A stretch of DNA of 64,000 nt, taken from Alkalispirochaeta sp. Lineage in GTDB: Bacteria; Spirochaetota; Spirochaetia; DSM-27196; Alkalispirochaetaceae. Where the stretch lies: positions 1-64,000 of the forward strand of contig CBDESZ010000003.1 of the NCBI GenBank assembly GCA_965242725.1, written 5' to 3'. The notes under the pieces are model-generated. The model did no database searches, had not been told where the DNA came from, and worked only from the letters and a program-made list of their open reading frames with translations. The position numbers were made by a program, and so were the translations under genes. Shown piece by piece: positions 48,476-58,975 of the stretch (position 1 is its first letter; the number at the start of each line of letters is the position of its first letter).

Positions 48476-50212
48476 ATGCCGGGGTTTTCGGCTATTTTTC
48501 ATTTCGACAAATTACAGAGACGATGGTTGCTAAACTCGGTATCACTGGATAGTCCCGATGGTTTTCAAGAGACACGAATAGACGATTTAATTATTTTCTA
48601 CAAATCTTCTTCCGCTTGGGGCGCTGGTGAATTACAGAACGTCTTCAATTCGTGTTCCGAAGACTGGAGTTTTCATCGTGATCTTATTGCGATTGCATTG
48701 GACCAACGAAGAGGTATTTTGTCCGTACTTAGGGATCCGAGCGGTCGACAATCATTGGCTTACTCACAGATTGGTTCCGAAGTCTTTGTAGCATCGACCG
48801 CGTTCAATGTCGCAAAGCTTTTGCCCAAGACTCCCCCCTTTTCGGAATCGGCCTTAGTAACGTTCCTTAACTATGAGTTTTTAAAGGACCCTGATTCCCT
48901 TTTTGAAGGAGTGTCGTTTTTGCGCCGAGGATGGGAAGTACGTTGGACCGATGCTTCGATTACACCCCGCAAAATACAAAGATATAGTTCCCACACAATA
49001 AATCTGACCAACGAAAAAGATATTGATCGTTCCCGCATATGGGAATCCCTCATCATGGCTCACAAGGAAATCCAAAATCATCCTACGACATTGATGCTAT
49101 CCGGAGGAATTGATTCTGTTCTTACTGCAGTTGTTGCTCACGAACTGAATTCAGACGATCTTACGGCAGCAACTTTTAGAGTTAATGGAGCAGACGACGA
49201 GACGCCTTATGCGAAGGCGGTTGCCGAGACGCTTGGGATTCGACATTCTGTTTTCGATGTCGATCCATATGAAGCAGTAGACTTGTTTCCATTGGTTTCG
49301 ACGTTAGATTTTCCGTATACATCTGGGATGCTCGTTAAATCCATTATAGATCATTCAGATTTTGCCGGAAACCTTTTTGTCTATTCTCAAGATACTCGGC
49401 TTCACACCCCTCACATAAACGTATTTGACAGAATCGCACTTTTCTCCTTGTTACATAGTCGCTATGTGGGAGAAGTTGCGGAAAAGTTCTTTCAATTCGC
49501 ACAAAAACTTGTGCCGGGTAGACTGGGTTCGGAGATCAAGCGAAGAGCAGTTTTTTCGGACCCAGTAGAGTATTTTCTTAGAACGAAATTTCATGAAAAA
49601 GCCGTGCGGGTTGGACGAGTCGATATCCTAGATCTACTTCGGTCAGAACTGAAGAAAAACATTGAAGAAAAGCTTTCCAATACGACAAATGCACGATCCG
49701 TATTCAATAGTATTGTCGATCTCAATTGGGATTGGCAATATACCTGTGATATCACTCATTTAACAGAAGCTACACTTTTTGGAGGAGGAACAGCTTTTTT
49801 CCCATTTTATGATGTCCCTCTGAACAGATTATTTTCAGAGTTAAAGTTCGACGACGTCGCACGACACGTACGTGGAGAGGCCGGTTTCGGCAGACGAACG
49901 AAAAATGTTGATAAACCGGTTGTGAGGGAACTCTTGAAAGGACGGATACCCGAATGGGTGCGTATGCGAGATAAGGCTGTATCCGTTAGCAACCATTTGA
50001 TATTGAATGCTGTTTATGAACGGTACAGTAAGAATATCAAGAGAAGTAGGTTTGCCACGTCCAAGACGGCACGATCTATGAAGCTAGGCAATCTTTATCA
50101 GCTATTGCACCAACGAGGTAGTAGTTGGCATCGTAAGGATTACGAAACAGTGGTTGTTTTACAGAACCTACTTTTTGTTGATTACGTGGCTTCGTTGTTA
50201 GGAATTGAATGA
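48476..50212 (+). CDS. Asparagine-synthase-like amidotransferase/amide ligase (glycan modification)
   Basis: RDP.G...L.Y, LSGGIDS PP-loop, DE..YA..VA..LG..H, PF.D, K...R.......P.....R.K; N-terminal Cys absent (MPGF). Confidence 0.78.
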   Translation: MPGFSAIFHFDKLQRRWLLNSVSLDSPDGFQETRIDDLIIFYKSSSAWGAGELQNVFNSCSEDWSFHRDLIAIALDQRRGILSVLRDPSGRQSLAYSQIGSEVFVASTAFNVAKLLPKTPPFSESALVTFLNYEFLKDPDSLFEGVSFLRRGWEVRWTDASITPRKIQRYSSHTINLTNEKDIDRSRIWESLIMAHKEIQNHPTTLMLSGGIDSVLTAVVAHELNSDDLTAATFRVNGADDETPYAKAVAETLGIRHSVFDVDPYEAVDLFPLVSTLDFPYTSGMLVKSIIDHSDFAGNLFVYSQDTRLHTPHINVFDRIALFSLLHSRYVGEVAEKFFQFAQKLVPGRLGSEIKRRAVFSDPVEYFLRTKFHEKAVRVGRVDILDLLRSELKKNIEEKLSNTTNARSVFNSIVDLNWDWQYTCDITHLTEATLFGGGTAFFPFYDVPLNRLFSELKFDDVARHVRGEAGFGRRTKNVDKPVVRELLKGRIPEWVRMRDKAVSVSNHLILNAVYERYSKNIKRSRFATSKTARSMKLGNLYQLLHQRGSSWHRKDYETVVVLQNLLFVDYVASLLGIE

Positions 50213-51315
50213 AGACGCAAAAATTCTTGATTATTACAAGTAGCTATTTACCGGTGAAGGGTGGGCTTCAGAATTTTTTAGCAAATTTGTGGGACGGCCT
50301 GGATTCTCGTGGGCACCGGGTCAGTTTATTCTCGGGTACAGAATATATGACACCGATGCAAAAATTACGAGTATCTCAAGGAGAAGTAGAGATATCTGCT
50401 CGATTTTATAGGACGCGAAGTATAAAAGGGTTTACGTTCTTTACTAGTATACGTTTTTGGTGTGATTTGCTACGAAAGTGTGATAACGGTACGATAATCA
50501 ATTTGAACGACGTGCGATTGACTCCAGGAATAATATTGTTATTCGGACGCCTTAAAAGGGCCCGTATATCGATTACGTCACATGGTTTTGTATTCCACAC
50601 ACAAACAAATTTCTTCTTTAAGAAAGTCTTTATGATATGGCTGGGCTTTCTGAGTAACTATCTCGAGAAAGTAATCTGTGTTTCCCCCCAGGATTTAAAC
50701 ACCGCACGACGTTTTCGACTCAAGAATGCAGTTTTGGTCCCCGAGGGAATTGACGTGGATGCTTTTCTTGCAAGCCCAAGGATGCCCAAGAACAATAGAC
50801 TTCTTTATTTCGGACGTATCGCGCCGAACAAGAATCTCGAAAGCATTTTTATCGTTCTGGATAATGATAAGCAAAAGTATGTTCTTGATATAGTTGGAAA
50901 AGGTGAAGTGGTTTATATACAACGATTGAAACAGTTGGCTGACAAGTTAGGCATTTCCGACCGTGTTCATTGGTGGGGGCCGCTTCCCCATGCCGACCTA
51001 CTGAAACGTTTGCACAAATGCGATGCCGTAACACTACCATCAAGTTATGAGGGATTCGGTCTAACTTTTGTTGAGGCTATAGTGGCCGGTTCTGCGGTGT
51101 TGGCCAACGACATCGCAAGTTATCGTTGGATCGCCGAAACAATTCACGCAGAAAATTGCTTGGTTGAATTCGAACGGACGAATGCAGCTCACATCGACAG
51201 ATTGTTGAAGTCATTTACTGGACCCGGATTATATGCAATTCAGGCGCGTGCGTGTGAGTTTTTTTCCAAAGAGGCATTTATTGATCGAATTGAGAAAGAA
51301 TTGGTTGGAAACTAA
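50209..51315 (+). CDS. Glycosyltransferase family 4
   Basis: YLP..GG, T.HG, GID, FGRIAPNKN, LPS.YEGFGL..VEA. Confidence 0.9.
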   Translation: MKTQKFLIITSSYLPVKGGLQNFLANLWDGLDSRGHRVSLFSGTEYMTPMQKLRVSQGEVEISARFYRTRSIKGFTFFTSIRFWCDLLRKCDNGTIINLNDVRLTPGIILLFGRLKRARISITSHGFVFHTQTNFFFKKVFMIWLGFLSNYLEKVICVSPQDLNTARRFRLKNAVLVPEGIDVDAFLASPRMPKNNRLLYFGRIAPNKNLESIFIVLDNDKQKYVLDIVGKGEVVYIQRLKQLADKLGISDRVHWWGPLPHADLLKRLHKCDAVTLPSSYEGFGLTFVEAIVAGSAVLANDIASYRWIAETIHAENCLVEFERTNAAHIDRLLKSFTGPGLYAIQARACEFFSKEAFIDRIEKELVGN

Positions 51316-52510
51316 ACTTTCAAAGATTACTCTTTCAATGATCTTAATTGCTAGTGTTCTGGATAGTGCGCTGAATATTCAGATTGGAGGATATAATGTA
51401 AGAGGATACCAGATCGTCTTACTTTCGGTTTTTCCTTTGGTTGTTGCAACGAAGATATTGACCGACGGTCTGTTTGTGCATGTTAACAGGAATGCTTTGC
51501 CATTGTTATTGTGGTTTGTACTTCTTTTCTTTGGGGTTCTGTGGACACCCGAACCGGACCGCGCCGGACTTCTCACATTAGTATTCTCAATTGTGATGAC
51601 TTGGACAGTTATGTTTCAGTTTGGTAAATCGCTGTCGACAATCTCTTTCCTAAAAATAGGAACAATGGGGTTTGGGTTGTTATTGTTGACGGGGTTAGTA
51701 CAATGGATAGGCTATTGGGTCTTCGAGTTCGATTTTAATCCTACATACGAGATCAAGCAGTCTACTATCGGCAACATGAGAGGGTTTTACTATGAGTCAA
51801 ACTGGTTTAGTCTTGCTGCACTAACAACAGGTTTTCTTTTTTTGGGTTATATAAGATCTAATTATTCAAGTAGTTTTAAAATTATTATTTCAGAAATTAT
51901 CGTCTTTGGTATTCTCGTCATCGCCGAAGCGAGAGGTGTGATGGGCGCTTACCTCATTTTTCGGATAGTAGACGTTTTCCGGCGTCACGGTTTCACCGCC
52001 AGCCTACTAGTGAGTCTATTAATTATTTCGGCCTACACTGGCATGAGTGGTATTCGTGCGTTGACACTGCCAACGTCATTCGAAGACCCAAGCGGTGTAA
52101 GTAGATTTGTAGCTTTAGAGTCTTCTTTGAGTTTTCAACTTCAGCGACCATTTTCGATATCGACTTGGTTTGGTCATGGTATTGGTTCGTGGAGGCAGTA
52201 CTATAAAATTTTAGACATAAATGCTTGGCGCGATATCTCTGATTTGCGTTTAGGGTATACAGGTTCAAGCTTTTTGGCTTCGACTCTCGTCGAGCAGGGA
52301 ATAATAGGGATCCTCTTATGGGTTGCGAGTCTATTCTACGCTGCGCGAGTTTCGGATTCCGTACCTAAGATCTGGATAACCTATAGTATAGCATCATTTT
52401 TTGTTGCCTCTGTGTTTTATCCATCATTCAATCAACTACAATATTTTGTATTTTTACCCGCTGGATTTGGGGTCCTTTTTGCTGGTAAGAATGAGAAAAC
52501 CGAGACATAG
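51305..52510 (+). CDS. Wzy polymerase / O-antigen-ligase-like membrane protein
   Basis: About 11 TM, RGFYYESN, S..SR, FGHGIG, LVEQGIIG; start uncertain (51233-51338). Confidence 0.72.
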   Translation: METKLSKITLSMILIASVLDSALNIQIGGYNVRGYQIVLLSVFPLVVATKILTDGLFVHVNRNALPLLLWFVLLFFGVLWTPEPDRAGLLTLVFSIVMTWTVMFQFGKSLSTISFLKIGTMGFGLLLLTGLVQWIGYWVFEFDFNPTYEIKQSTIGNMRGFYYESNWFSLAALTTGFLFLGYIRSNYSSSFKIIISEIIVFGILVIAEARGVMGAYLIFRIVDVFRRHGFTASLLVSLLIISAYTGMSGIRALTLPTSFEDPSGVSRFVALESSLSFQLQRPFSISTWFGHGIGSWRQYYKILDINAWRDISDLRLGYTGSSFLASTLVEQGIIGILLWVASLFYAARVSDSVPKIWITYSIASFFVASVFYPSFNQLQYFVFLPAGFGVLFAGKNEKTET

Positions 52511-52561
52511 ATCCAATACAATTAGGCATCAAACTCAGTGAGTTGATACCGGGAGTTACGC

Positions 52562-53800
52562 TTGAAACTATCGTATCCTGATACGAACAAAGAATCTCTT
52601 TGGAACAATAAGTTTGTTTTTGTGTTTGTAACCTATATGGAAAAGGGCTTAGGATTCATCTTGCCGGTTTCGGTGCTCTACTTTTCTAGATCACAAGAAC
52701 TATACAATACAATCGAATATTGGTTTGCCGCATCACTAATTGTTTCTAGCTTTTCCGATTTTGGAATGAGAACACTGTTTCTTTATGCCTCTCGAGGTTC
52801 GGAATACTCTTTGCCGTCGATTGTTTTGATTCAGCGAGTCTTCGTTACCCTGACTATACTTTGTATTCCTTTTTTAATGATAGGAGGGCTTGTCATCGGG
52901 CGACGAGGTTTAGATTCAGCATTGTTATTTACAGGTCGTACGTCTTTCTTAGCAGTCTACGCCTTTTTTACTGTAGTTTGGAGATTTAGGAATAGACCGG
53001 TTCTTCCAGCAGTTTTCGGCGCGGTATTTATGTCAGTTTCAATCTCGGTGGTAGGAGTTTTTTCGGCAGCAGCTTTCGTAGACATGATTCCGACGGCTTT
53101 GGGAGTATTGTTTTTGTTGTTTTTTTTTATTGCCATCCTCGGTGAAGGACGGCCAGTAATATGTAATGCCATGAGTGAATTACGCTTCGTGACGGTGAAA
53201 GCACTCTCAGTTGGTTGGCCGATTCTTATAAATAGCCTGCTATCAGTCACAATTCGCAATTTTGGTAGAGTCTATGCATTCAATCAACTTAGTTCAGAAG
53301 ATATGTTCACGATATCGATCTTGCAGCGAATAACGTTAGTTGTCCAGGTGGCTCACGTGGCACTCGCTGGATATGTCATGAAGACCATCTTCACTTCTAA
53401 CTCAGCACGGATTCATCTGATGATATTTCTTAAATACATATTTGGGATTGGGGCAGTAACTACCTTATCGTGGATTAGTTTTTATATCGCTGGCGTATTT
53501 TATCCGAAGCTACCGGCTGCAGGTTCGATTGAAACTATACTATTGTTCGCGTACGTCGTTATTTGGGTTGTTGGTGCCTACTTCGAACAATATTATATTC
53601 GTTCCGGGCGAACAAAAACGTTATTGATTAACGCGATCGGTTCTACCGTAGCGTTCCTTGGCATGATTGGTGTATTCGCAGTTCGACAAAATATGCAAGT
53701 CAAGACAATTGCAGTATCCATGATAGTGTCAGCCGCAGTCTTTCTCTTTTTAAACGTTCTTAAAGGGCAAATAAGTGGCCAGTTGGTTCATAATATTTAG
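52562..53800 (+). CDS. Wzx-like oligosaccharide flippase
   Basis: About 12 TM, SDFG motif in the first loop, position next to wzy and GTs. Confidence 0.7.
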   Translation: MKLSYPDTNKESLWNNKFVFVFVTYMEKGLGFILPVSVLYFSRSQELYNTIEYWFAASLIVSSFSDFGMRTLFLYASRGSEYSLPSIVLIQRVFVTLTILCIPFLMIGGLVIGRRGLDSALLFTGRTSFLAVYAFFTVVWRFRNRPVLPAVFGAVFMSVSISVVGVFSAAAFVDMIPTALGVLFLLFFFIAILGEGRPVICNAMSELRFVTVKALSVGWPILINSLLSVTIRNFGRVYAFNQLSSEDMFTISILQRITLVVQVAHVALAGYVMKTIFTSNSARIHLMIFLKYIFGIGAVTTLSWISFYIAGVFYPKLPAAGSIETILLFAYVVIWVVGAYFEQYYIRSGRTKTLLINAIGSTVAFLGMIGVFAVRQNMQVKTIAVSMIVSAAVFLFLNVLKGQISGQLVHNI

Positions 53801-54542
53801 AGCTTTGTTGTCTTCTGTTGCTCCTTTTTCTTTGGTCAGGGTAATGCTTTACCGGATCCTATTGGGCTATTCGATCGACCGGAGTTCAAAAATCGGATGG
53901 CTTACGATTATTCTTGTTAAAAGGGCAAAAATCAGAAGATCTCGATTGGGTAGGTTCAACATTATTAAGGTTGATCGTATGATTCTAGACAATTGTGAAA
54001 TTCGTACGAGAAATCGTATCTTGAATATACGTTTTTTGCGAGTCGGAAAACAGGCAGTTATTGTACGAAATAATCAGATACTAGGGACGCGTACCGGGAG
54101 CAACTTGGGCTGTTATTCTGTATTCCGACTCGGAAACAACTCTGAAATTACAACCGGACATTTCTTCGATTGCACAGATTCGATATTTATCGGTAATAAT
54201 GTTACTTTTGGAGGAATCGGGTCTGAGTTTTGGACCCATGGTTTTAACCTTTCGCGGACTCGTAAGCAAGGTGCTATAAAAATCGGAAGTTTTTGCTATT
54301 TTGGCAGTCGATGTATTGTTATTGACTCAGTACATATCGGTGATCATTGTGTCATTTCGGCAGGCACAGTCGTGATGAACTCCATCCCCGGTCGTTCAAT
54401 TTCACGTGGTAACCCAGCACGTATTGCTCGGATGCTAACAAACTCCCAAGATAAAGATGAATTACAGGAACAAAGCAGAATACCTAATCGTTTTTTACGA
54501 CGAAATAAATATAGGGCTTTCCTAATTATGAATGATGAATAA
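53775..54542 (+). CDS. Hexapeptide-repeat (LbH) O-acyltransferase
   Basis: DCTDSIFIGNNV, WTH, IKIG..C..G, IGDHCVISAG.VV, GNPAR. Confidence 0.8.
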   Translation: MASWFIIFRALLSSVAPFSLVRVMLYRILLGYSIDRSSKIGWLTIILVKRAKIRRSRLGRFNIIKVDRMILDNCEIRTRNRILNIRFLRVGKQAVIVRNNQILGTRTGSNLGCYSVFRLGNNSEITTGHFFDCTDSIFIGNNVTFGGIGSEFWTHGFNLSRTRKQGAIKIGSFCYFGSRCIVIDSVHIGDHCVISAGTVVMNSIPGRSISRGNPARIARMLTNSQDKDELQEQSRIPNRFLRRNKYRAFLIMNDE

Positions 54543-54574
54543 ATATACCTTAATATATAAATAGGAATATAATT

Positions 54575-55990
54575 TTGAATATTGCGTTTGTTGCAAATTT
54601 TGAAAAAACGAATTTATTTGAAAGTATAATTAAATACTTCGATGATACGACACATGTCTTTTGGTTTGTGCCAAATCCGGAACAAAGCAAGAGACTTCGT
54701 GAGTCATATGGCAACGAAAAAGTAATACCAATCGACCGTTCTACTGTGCTAAGTAAAACGAAAACGAAAAGGCTGTCAGGAATTGAACGCTTCGAGATCC
54801 CAATCGTCGAGTTTGTGATGACCGACAGAGTACAACGGAAAAAACCTTGGAAAAGTTTTGTCTATTTGGCTATGCTCCATAATCAGATTATAAACAGCAT
54901 TATTGCTCTAGATATCCAGTTGGTCTTTGGGGAACTGACTTGGGCTTATGAGTTGACAATCCGCGAGGCATGTAGGAACGTCACGAGTCTGGAAAGTGGT
55001 AGACGTGTCCGATACTTAAATCCTCATACGACGAGAATACCGCGAAACCGATTCGCTTTCTTTACCGACGGGCGTCAATCTATAATGACTGCACCGGTTA
55101 ATCACCAAGTAAGTATACGTCTAGAAGAGCAAAAGCCCGACTATTTAGAACTAAATGATAGACGGATTAAAAATCGTAACAGCCCAAGTGGTTTAATACG
55201 GTCTTTGAGGACAGTTATACGCAGAAGGTCTTATAAAGACGACCCGGCAGTCGAAAGAACCTTGTATATATATATTTTGGCTAGGCTGAAAGAAATAAAA
55301 AATAGTTTTTATTATAAGATTTTTGTAAATACAAAAAGATTTTACCAGATTCCAAACGGCAAATATGTTGTTTATCCGTTGCACCTACAACCGGAAGCAT
55401 CTATCGATGTGTTCGGTCGATACGCCGAAGATCAAATAAAGAACGTGTTTGACCTTGTGCGTAGTGTTCCTTACGGTACGAAAGTGTTAGTCAAGGAACA
55501 TTCGAATGCTATTGGACAGCGACCGATCAGATTCTACCGCGAACTTAAGGCTATCCCCAATGTTATTGTGATAGATCATCGTGTGTCCATGGCACGATTG
55601 ATAACCATAGCCGAGCGGATCATATCGGTTACTGGTACAGCCGCGATGGAAGCAAGCTTAAGAAATAACAGCGGTGCTACTCTCGTTCCCACATATTTCA
55701 GCCACCCTCAGTTCTGTCCGGTTCTTGAATGTATGAGAACCTCACTTCTCGAGAAAAAATGCAATGCGACAACAAGGCTTGTCAAGCATAACCAAAATAA
55801 GGAATATAAAGCATACCTCACAGATTTGCTCCAGAAATTTAGTTTTATCGGAAAGGTTTCAGACGGAATCACTGATCCATCGGTGATGAGAGAAGAGAAC
55901 CTTGAACGCGTAGGCGCGGCCTTTAACGAAATAATTACTAGCGAAAGTAGTAACTCCAATGTTGACAGTAATAAAACAATATTTAATTGA
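54575..55990 (+). CDS. Capsule_synth/KpsS-like protein, candidate CMP-ulosonate glycosyltransferase
   Basis: YPLHLQPEASID, LVKEH, SVTGTAAMEA motifs. Confidence 0.72.
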   Translation: MNIAFVANFEKTNLFESIIKYFDDTTHVFWFVPNPEQSKRLRESYGNEKVIPIDRSTVLSKTKTKRLSGIERFEIPIVEFVMTDRVQRKKPWKSFVYLAMLHNQIINSIIALDIQLVFGELTWAYELTIREACRNVTSLESGRRVRYLNPHTTRIPRNRFAFFTDGRQSIMTAPVNHQVSIRLEEQKPDYLELNDRRIKNRNSPSGLIRSLRTVIRRRSYKDDPAVERTLYIYILARLKEIKNSFYYKIFVNTKRFYQIPNGKYVVYPLHLQPEASIDVFGRYAEDQIKNVFDLVRSVPYGTKVLVKEHSNAIGQRPIRFYRELKAIPNVIVIDHRVSMARLITIAERIISVTGTAAMEASLRNNSGATLVPTYFSHPQFCPVLECMRTSLLEKKCNATTRLVKHNQNKEYKAYLTDLLQKFSFIGKVSDGITDPSVMREENLERVGAAFNEIITSESSNSNVDSNKTIFN

Positions 55991-56723
55991 CGGTTATCTA
56001 ATATATGGATTTCAGTCACTCCGGGATGCTAGTAATTATGTGTCTCAATCACCTGGTGTTGTGGTAAGCGTGAACGGCGAAACACTATTTTCGGACAATG
56101 ATGAATTACGCAGAATTACCAGGGATGGTATTGGCCACTTCGACGGAAATGGGGCCGTGCTTGCGATAAAGCTTAGGCGCCCGAACGTAAAACTCCGCCG
56201 AATTCCTGGTGTAGAGCTGTGGCAAGACTATTTACGTTGTTTTGGAAGACGAGTATTCGTAATAGGCGGGCGCGAAATGGTTAATTTTGCGGTAGCTTCG
56301 CGTATTGAAACGGAGTTTCCGAATATAGAAGTCATTGGTAGACGTAATGGTTATTTAGATTTATCAGCGGATTTTAATCGTATTATCAATGAGATGAAAA
56401 AAGGAAATGTAGACACTGTCTTATTGGGTATGGGACAGCCTCGACAGGAGTTATTAGCAGAGCAGCTATTTAAGGCCCATCGGGCGACATACTTTTGTAT
56501 CGGTGGCGCGCTAGATGTTTTCGCAGGTGTCGTTTCCCGTGCCCCATTATGGGTGAGACGATTAGGAGCTGAGTGGGCATATCGTTTATTGAAGGATTTC
56601 TCTCGCCGAAGTCGGATATTCAATCTATTTTTCTGGACTCTTCGTCTTATTACCGGTAGGTATTCTCTTCGTATTATTGGGGGCAAAGCCATGTATGATA
56701 CTTTCCAAAAAAAAGAGGTTTAG
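55959..56723 (+). CDS. WecG/TagA/CpsF family glycosyltransferase
   Basis: DG.G, RIPGVEL, GRRNGY, GMGQPRQE, IGGALDV.AG...RAP, EW.YRL. Confidence 0.9.
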   Translation: MLTVIKQYLIDGYLIYGFQSLRDASNYVSQSPGVVVSVNGETLFSDNDELRRITRDGIGHFDGNGAVLAIKLRRPNVKLRRIPGVELWQDYLRCFGRRVFVIGGREMVNFAVASRIETEFPNIEVIGRRNGYLDLSADFNRIINEMKKGNVDTVLLGMGQPRQELLAEQLFKAHRATYFCIGGALDVFAGVVSRAPLWVRRLGAEWAYRLLKDFSRRSRIFNLFFWTLRLITGRYSLRIIGGKAMYDTFQKKEV

Positions 56724-56950
56724 AAAATATTTCCAGCTGATATACAAAGCGCTTTCCGTCCGGTGAGTTTTGATCTTACAAGGAGGTCGATATCACCGCC
56801 GCGACGGCTGTCGTCGGTCCGGGATCCGATTAGTCGTCCCGTTGCACTGTCACCGAAATGCTTTAATATCGCGGCTTTGATAACCGTCCGGCGGGCTTGC
56901 GCCGCCACTTGGACCACGGCGCCGGCCGCGAGCGCCGGTTCAGGATTCAT
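56720..56950 (-). pseudogene. Truncated minimal nucleotidyltransferase (MNT) gene
   Basis: IK......FG......GSRTDDSRRGGDIDLLV motif, then an abrupt end at the AT-rich block. Confidence 0.68.
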
Positions 56951-57050
56951 CTAAAAATCTTCGACATGCATTGACTCCCGCGTAAGCGTCCGCTAAACCC
57001 CACCCCGTGCAGTAACGGCGCGATGATTCATTTTGCCGGATAGCGTTCGG

Positions 57051-58568
57051 TCAGGACGAGGTCAACTCGATGAGCTGCGGGAGAAGAGCCCGGTATTCTG
57101 CCGGCGTCGAGGCCATGGGAAGGCGCTCAATCACATTGAGCATGTACCGGTGTGGTTCGATACCGTTGGCTTTCGCGGTCTCGATGAGGCTGTAGAGTGT
57201 CGCGGCGGCGGTAGCGCCTCGCGGACTTCCGGAGAACATCCAGGCATTGCGACCTACCACGAACGGTCGGATCTTGTTCTCGATGCGATTGGTATCGGGA
57301 GTAAGATGCGGGCTATCGAGATACCGAACCAGTTTCTCCCACTGATCAAGTGTGTAGTTCACCGCTTTCCCGATAGCGGTTTGTGGCGGTACCCGCTGCG
57401 CCTTGGTATCCAGCCAGGTCTTGAGCTCATCAAAAATTGGTTGCGCCTGCTCACGCCGTGTATCGGTGAAGACGTGATCCCGCGGTACCTCTGCGAGCTC
57501 CTTCTCGATGCGGTAGAGCCGGGCGATCATCGCCAGCGCCTGATCGGCGGCTCCCGCTTTCTTGCCGGACCCTTTGGCATCAACAAACTTTCGTCGCGCA
57601 TGGGCCCAGCACCCGACGTGGATGAGATCGTCGCGGTCACGGGTAAGACGATCGTAGGCTTCATAGCCGTTGGTCTGTATGATCCCGGAGTATGAGTCAA
57701 CGATCGCGTGCGCCTCTGCGGTTGATCGACTCGGGGCATAGCGATACACCACTGAAGGGTTCTCCGGCGTGCCGTCGTAGGCGCACCACATGTAACTGAG
57801 CGCGGTGTTCGGTCTGTTTTCTTCCCCGAGAACCTGTACCGTTGTTTCATCAACGAGAAGAATCGGTCCGGCACGCAACTCGATATACAGTTGCTCCATG
57901 ACCGGAGCGAGTGCCTCACCGACCGCCAGAATCCAGTCGGCCATGCGCTGCCGTGGCAATTCAACGCCGATGCGGGCGAATCCGGTCTCCTGTCGCTTCA
58001 GCGGTAAGCCGTCGACGTACTTGGCGGTGATGATGAACGCCAGAAGGGATGGAGTAGCAATCCCGCGAGGGATGATCGCCGGTGGCATCGGCGCGATGCG
58101 AACCGCCGGTTTGTCTTCATCGCCGGAGCCTTCGCAGTGGTGACAGGCATACTTGGGGCGGATAAAGCGGGGCACGATAAATCGCGCCGGAATGACCGTC
58201 AGTTTTTCGCTGACCTCTTCGCCGATCCGCACTAGCTCATGGCCGCAGCCGCAGTGCTTGTCCTCTTCAGGAATATCGAGAAGCACCTCTTCCCGCGCAA
58301 GGTTCTCCGGAAGCTGTTTCCGTCCCTGCTTCGTTGTCCGGGTGTATGCGGCGACGTTTGTGGTCCGTACCGCTACGTCCGTTTCCGGCGTGTCGGTTTC
58401 CTCGCCAAGATCATCAAAGAGCTGTGGTTGATCGTCGTAGTGCTGCTTTTCACTGGAGCGTCCAAAGAGTCTTCGACGCAGCGCCTCGTACTGATCCGAA
58501 AGCGCTTCGTACGCTGCGGTCATCTCTGCGAGTTGTCGCTCAAGTTCGACGATCCGGTCGTCACTCAC
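57051..58568 (-). CDS. tnpC: IS66 transposase TnpC
   Basis: LFGRSSEK, Zn-ribbon CGCG..C..C, DET, CWAHARRKF, N..E..IRP...GR..W.F; second catalytic Asp reads Asn (QTNGY). Confidence 0.93.
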   Translation of the reverse strand: MSDDRIVELERQLAEMTAAYEALSDQYEALRRRLFGRSSEKQHYDDQPQLFDDLGEETDTPETDVAVRTTNVAAYTRTTKQGRKQLPENLAREEVLLDIPEEDKHCGCGHELVRIGEEVSEKLTVIPARFIVPRFIRPKYACHHCEGSGDEDKPAVRIAPMPPAIIPRGIATPSLLAFIITAKYVDGLPLKRQETGFARIGVELPRQRMADWILAVGEALAPVMEQLYIELRAGPILLVDETTVQVLGEENRPNTALSYMWCAYDGTPENPSVVYRYAPSRSTAEAHAIVDSYSGIIQTNGYEAYDRLTRDRDDLIHVGCWAHARRKFVDAKGSGKKAGAADQALAMIARLYRIEKELAEVPRDHVFTDTRREQAQPIFDELKTWLDTKAQRVPPQTAIGKAVNYTLDQWEKLVRYLDSPHLTPDTNRIENKIRPFVVGRNAWMFSGSPRGATAAATLYSLIETAKANGIEPHRYMLNVIERLPMASTPAEYRALLPQLIELTSS

Positions 58569-58645
58569 CCCTCAAGCATGCCGGAAACGGCGCGTTTTGT
58601 CTAGTATAAATGGGGAAACTACGACACCGAACGGTAATTCAACCG

Positions 58646-58975
58646 CTAATGAGCGTGCCAGAAGTCGATGCCGGACAAGAGCATTTTCAACTGCTCGCCG
58701 GTAATCTCCCGCACCTGCTCCGCCGTGTGCGGCCAGGGAAACCGATGCTTCTCTATGCGTTTCTCAACGAGGCAAAACCCCGTGATATCCCAGAAAAGTG
58801 CCTTGAGAATACGTCGCTGGCGGTTGCAAATCAGGAACACAACCCCGTCTTCAAGCTGATTCAGTTCCAGCTCCTGCTCGACGACAACCGCTAGGCCGTT
58901 GATTCGTTTTCGCATGTCCGTTACGCCGGGACGGACTAGAATACGAACCCGTTCAGAACGCGGGCCGAACATCAC
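58646..58975 (-). CDS. tnpB: IS66 accessory protein TnpB
   Basis: TDMRK.INGL, F...NR.R..LK.L.WD..GF....KR.E...F.WP. Confidence 0.92.
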   Translation of the reverse strand: MMFGPRSERVRILVRPGVTDMRKRINGLAVVVEQELELNQLEDGVVFLICNRQRRILKALFWDITGFCLVEKRIEKHRFPWPHTAEQVREITGEQLKMLLSGIDFWHAH

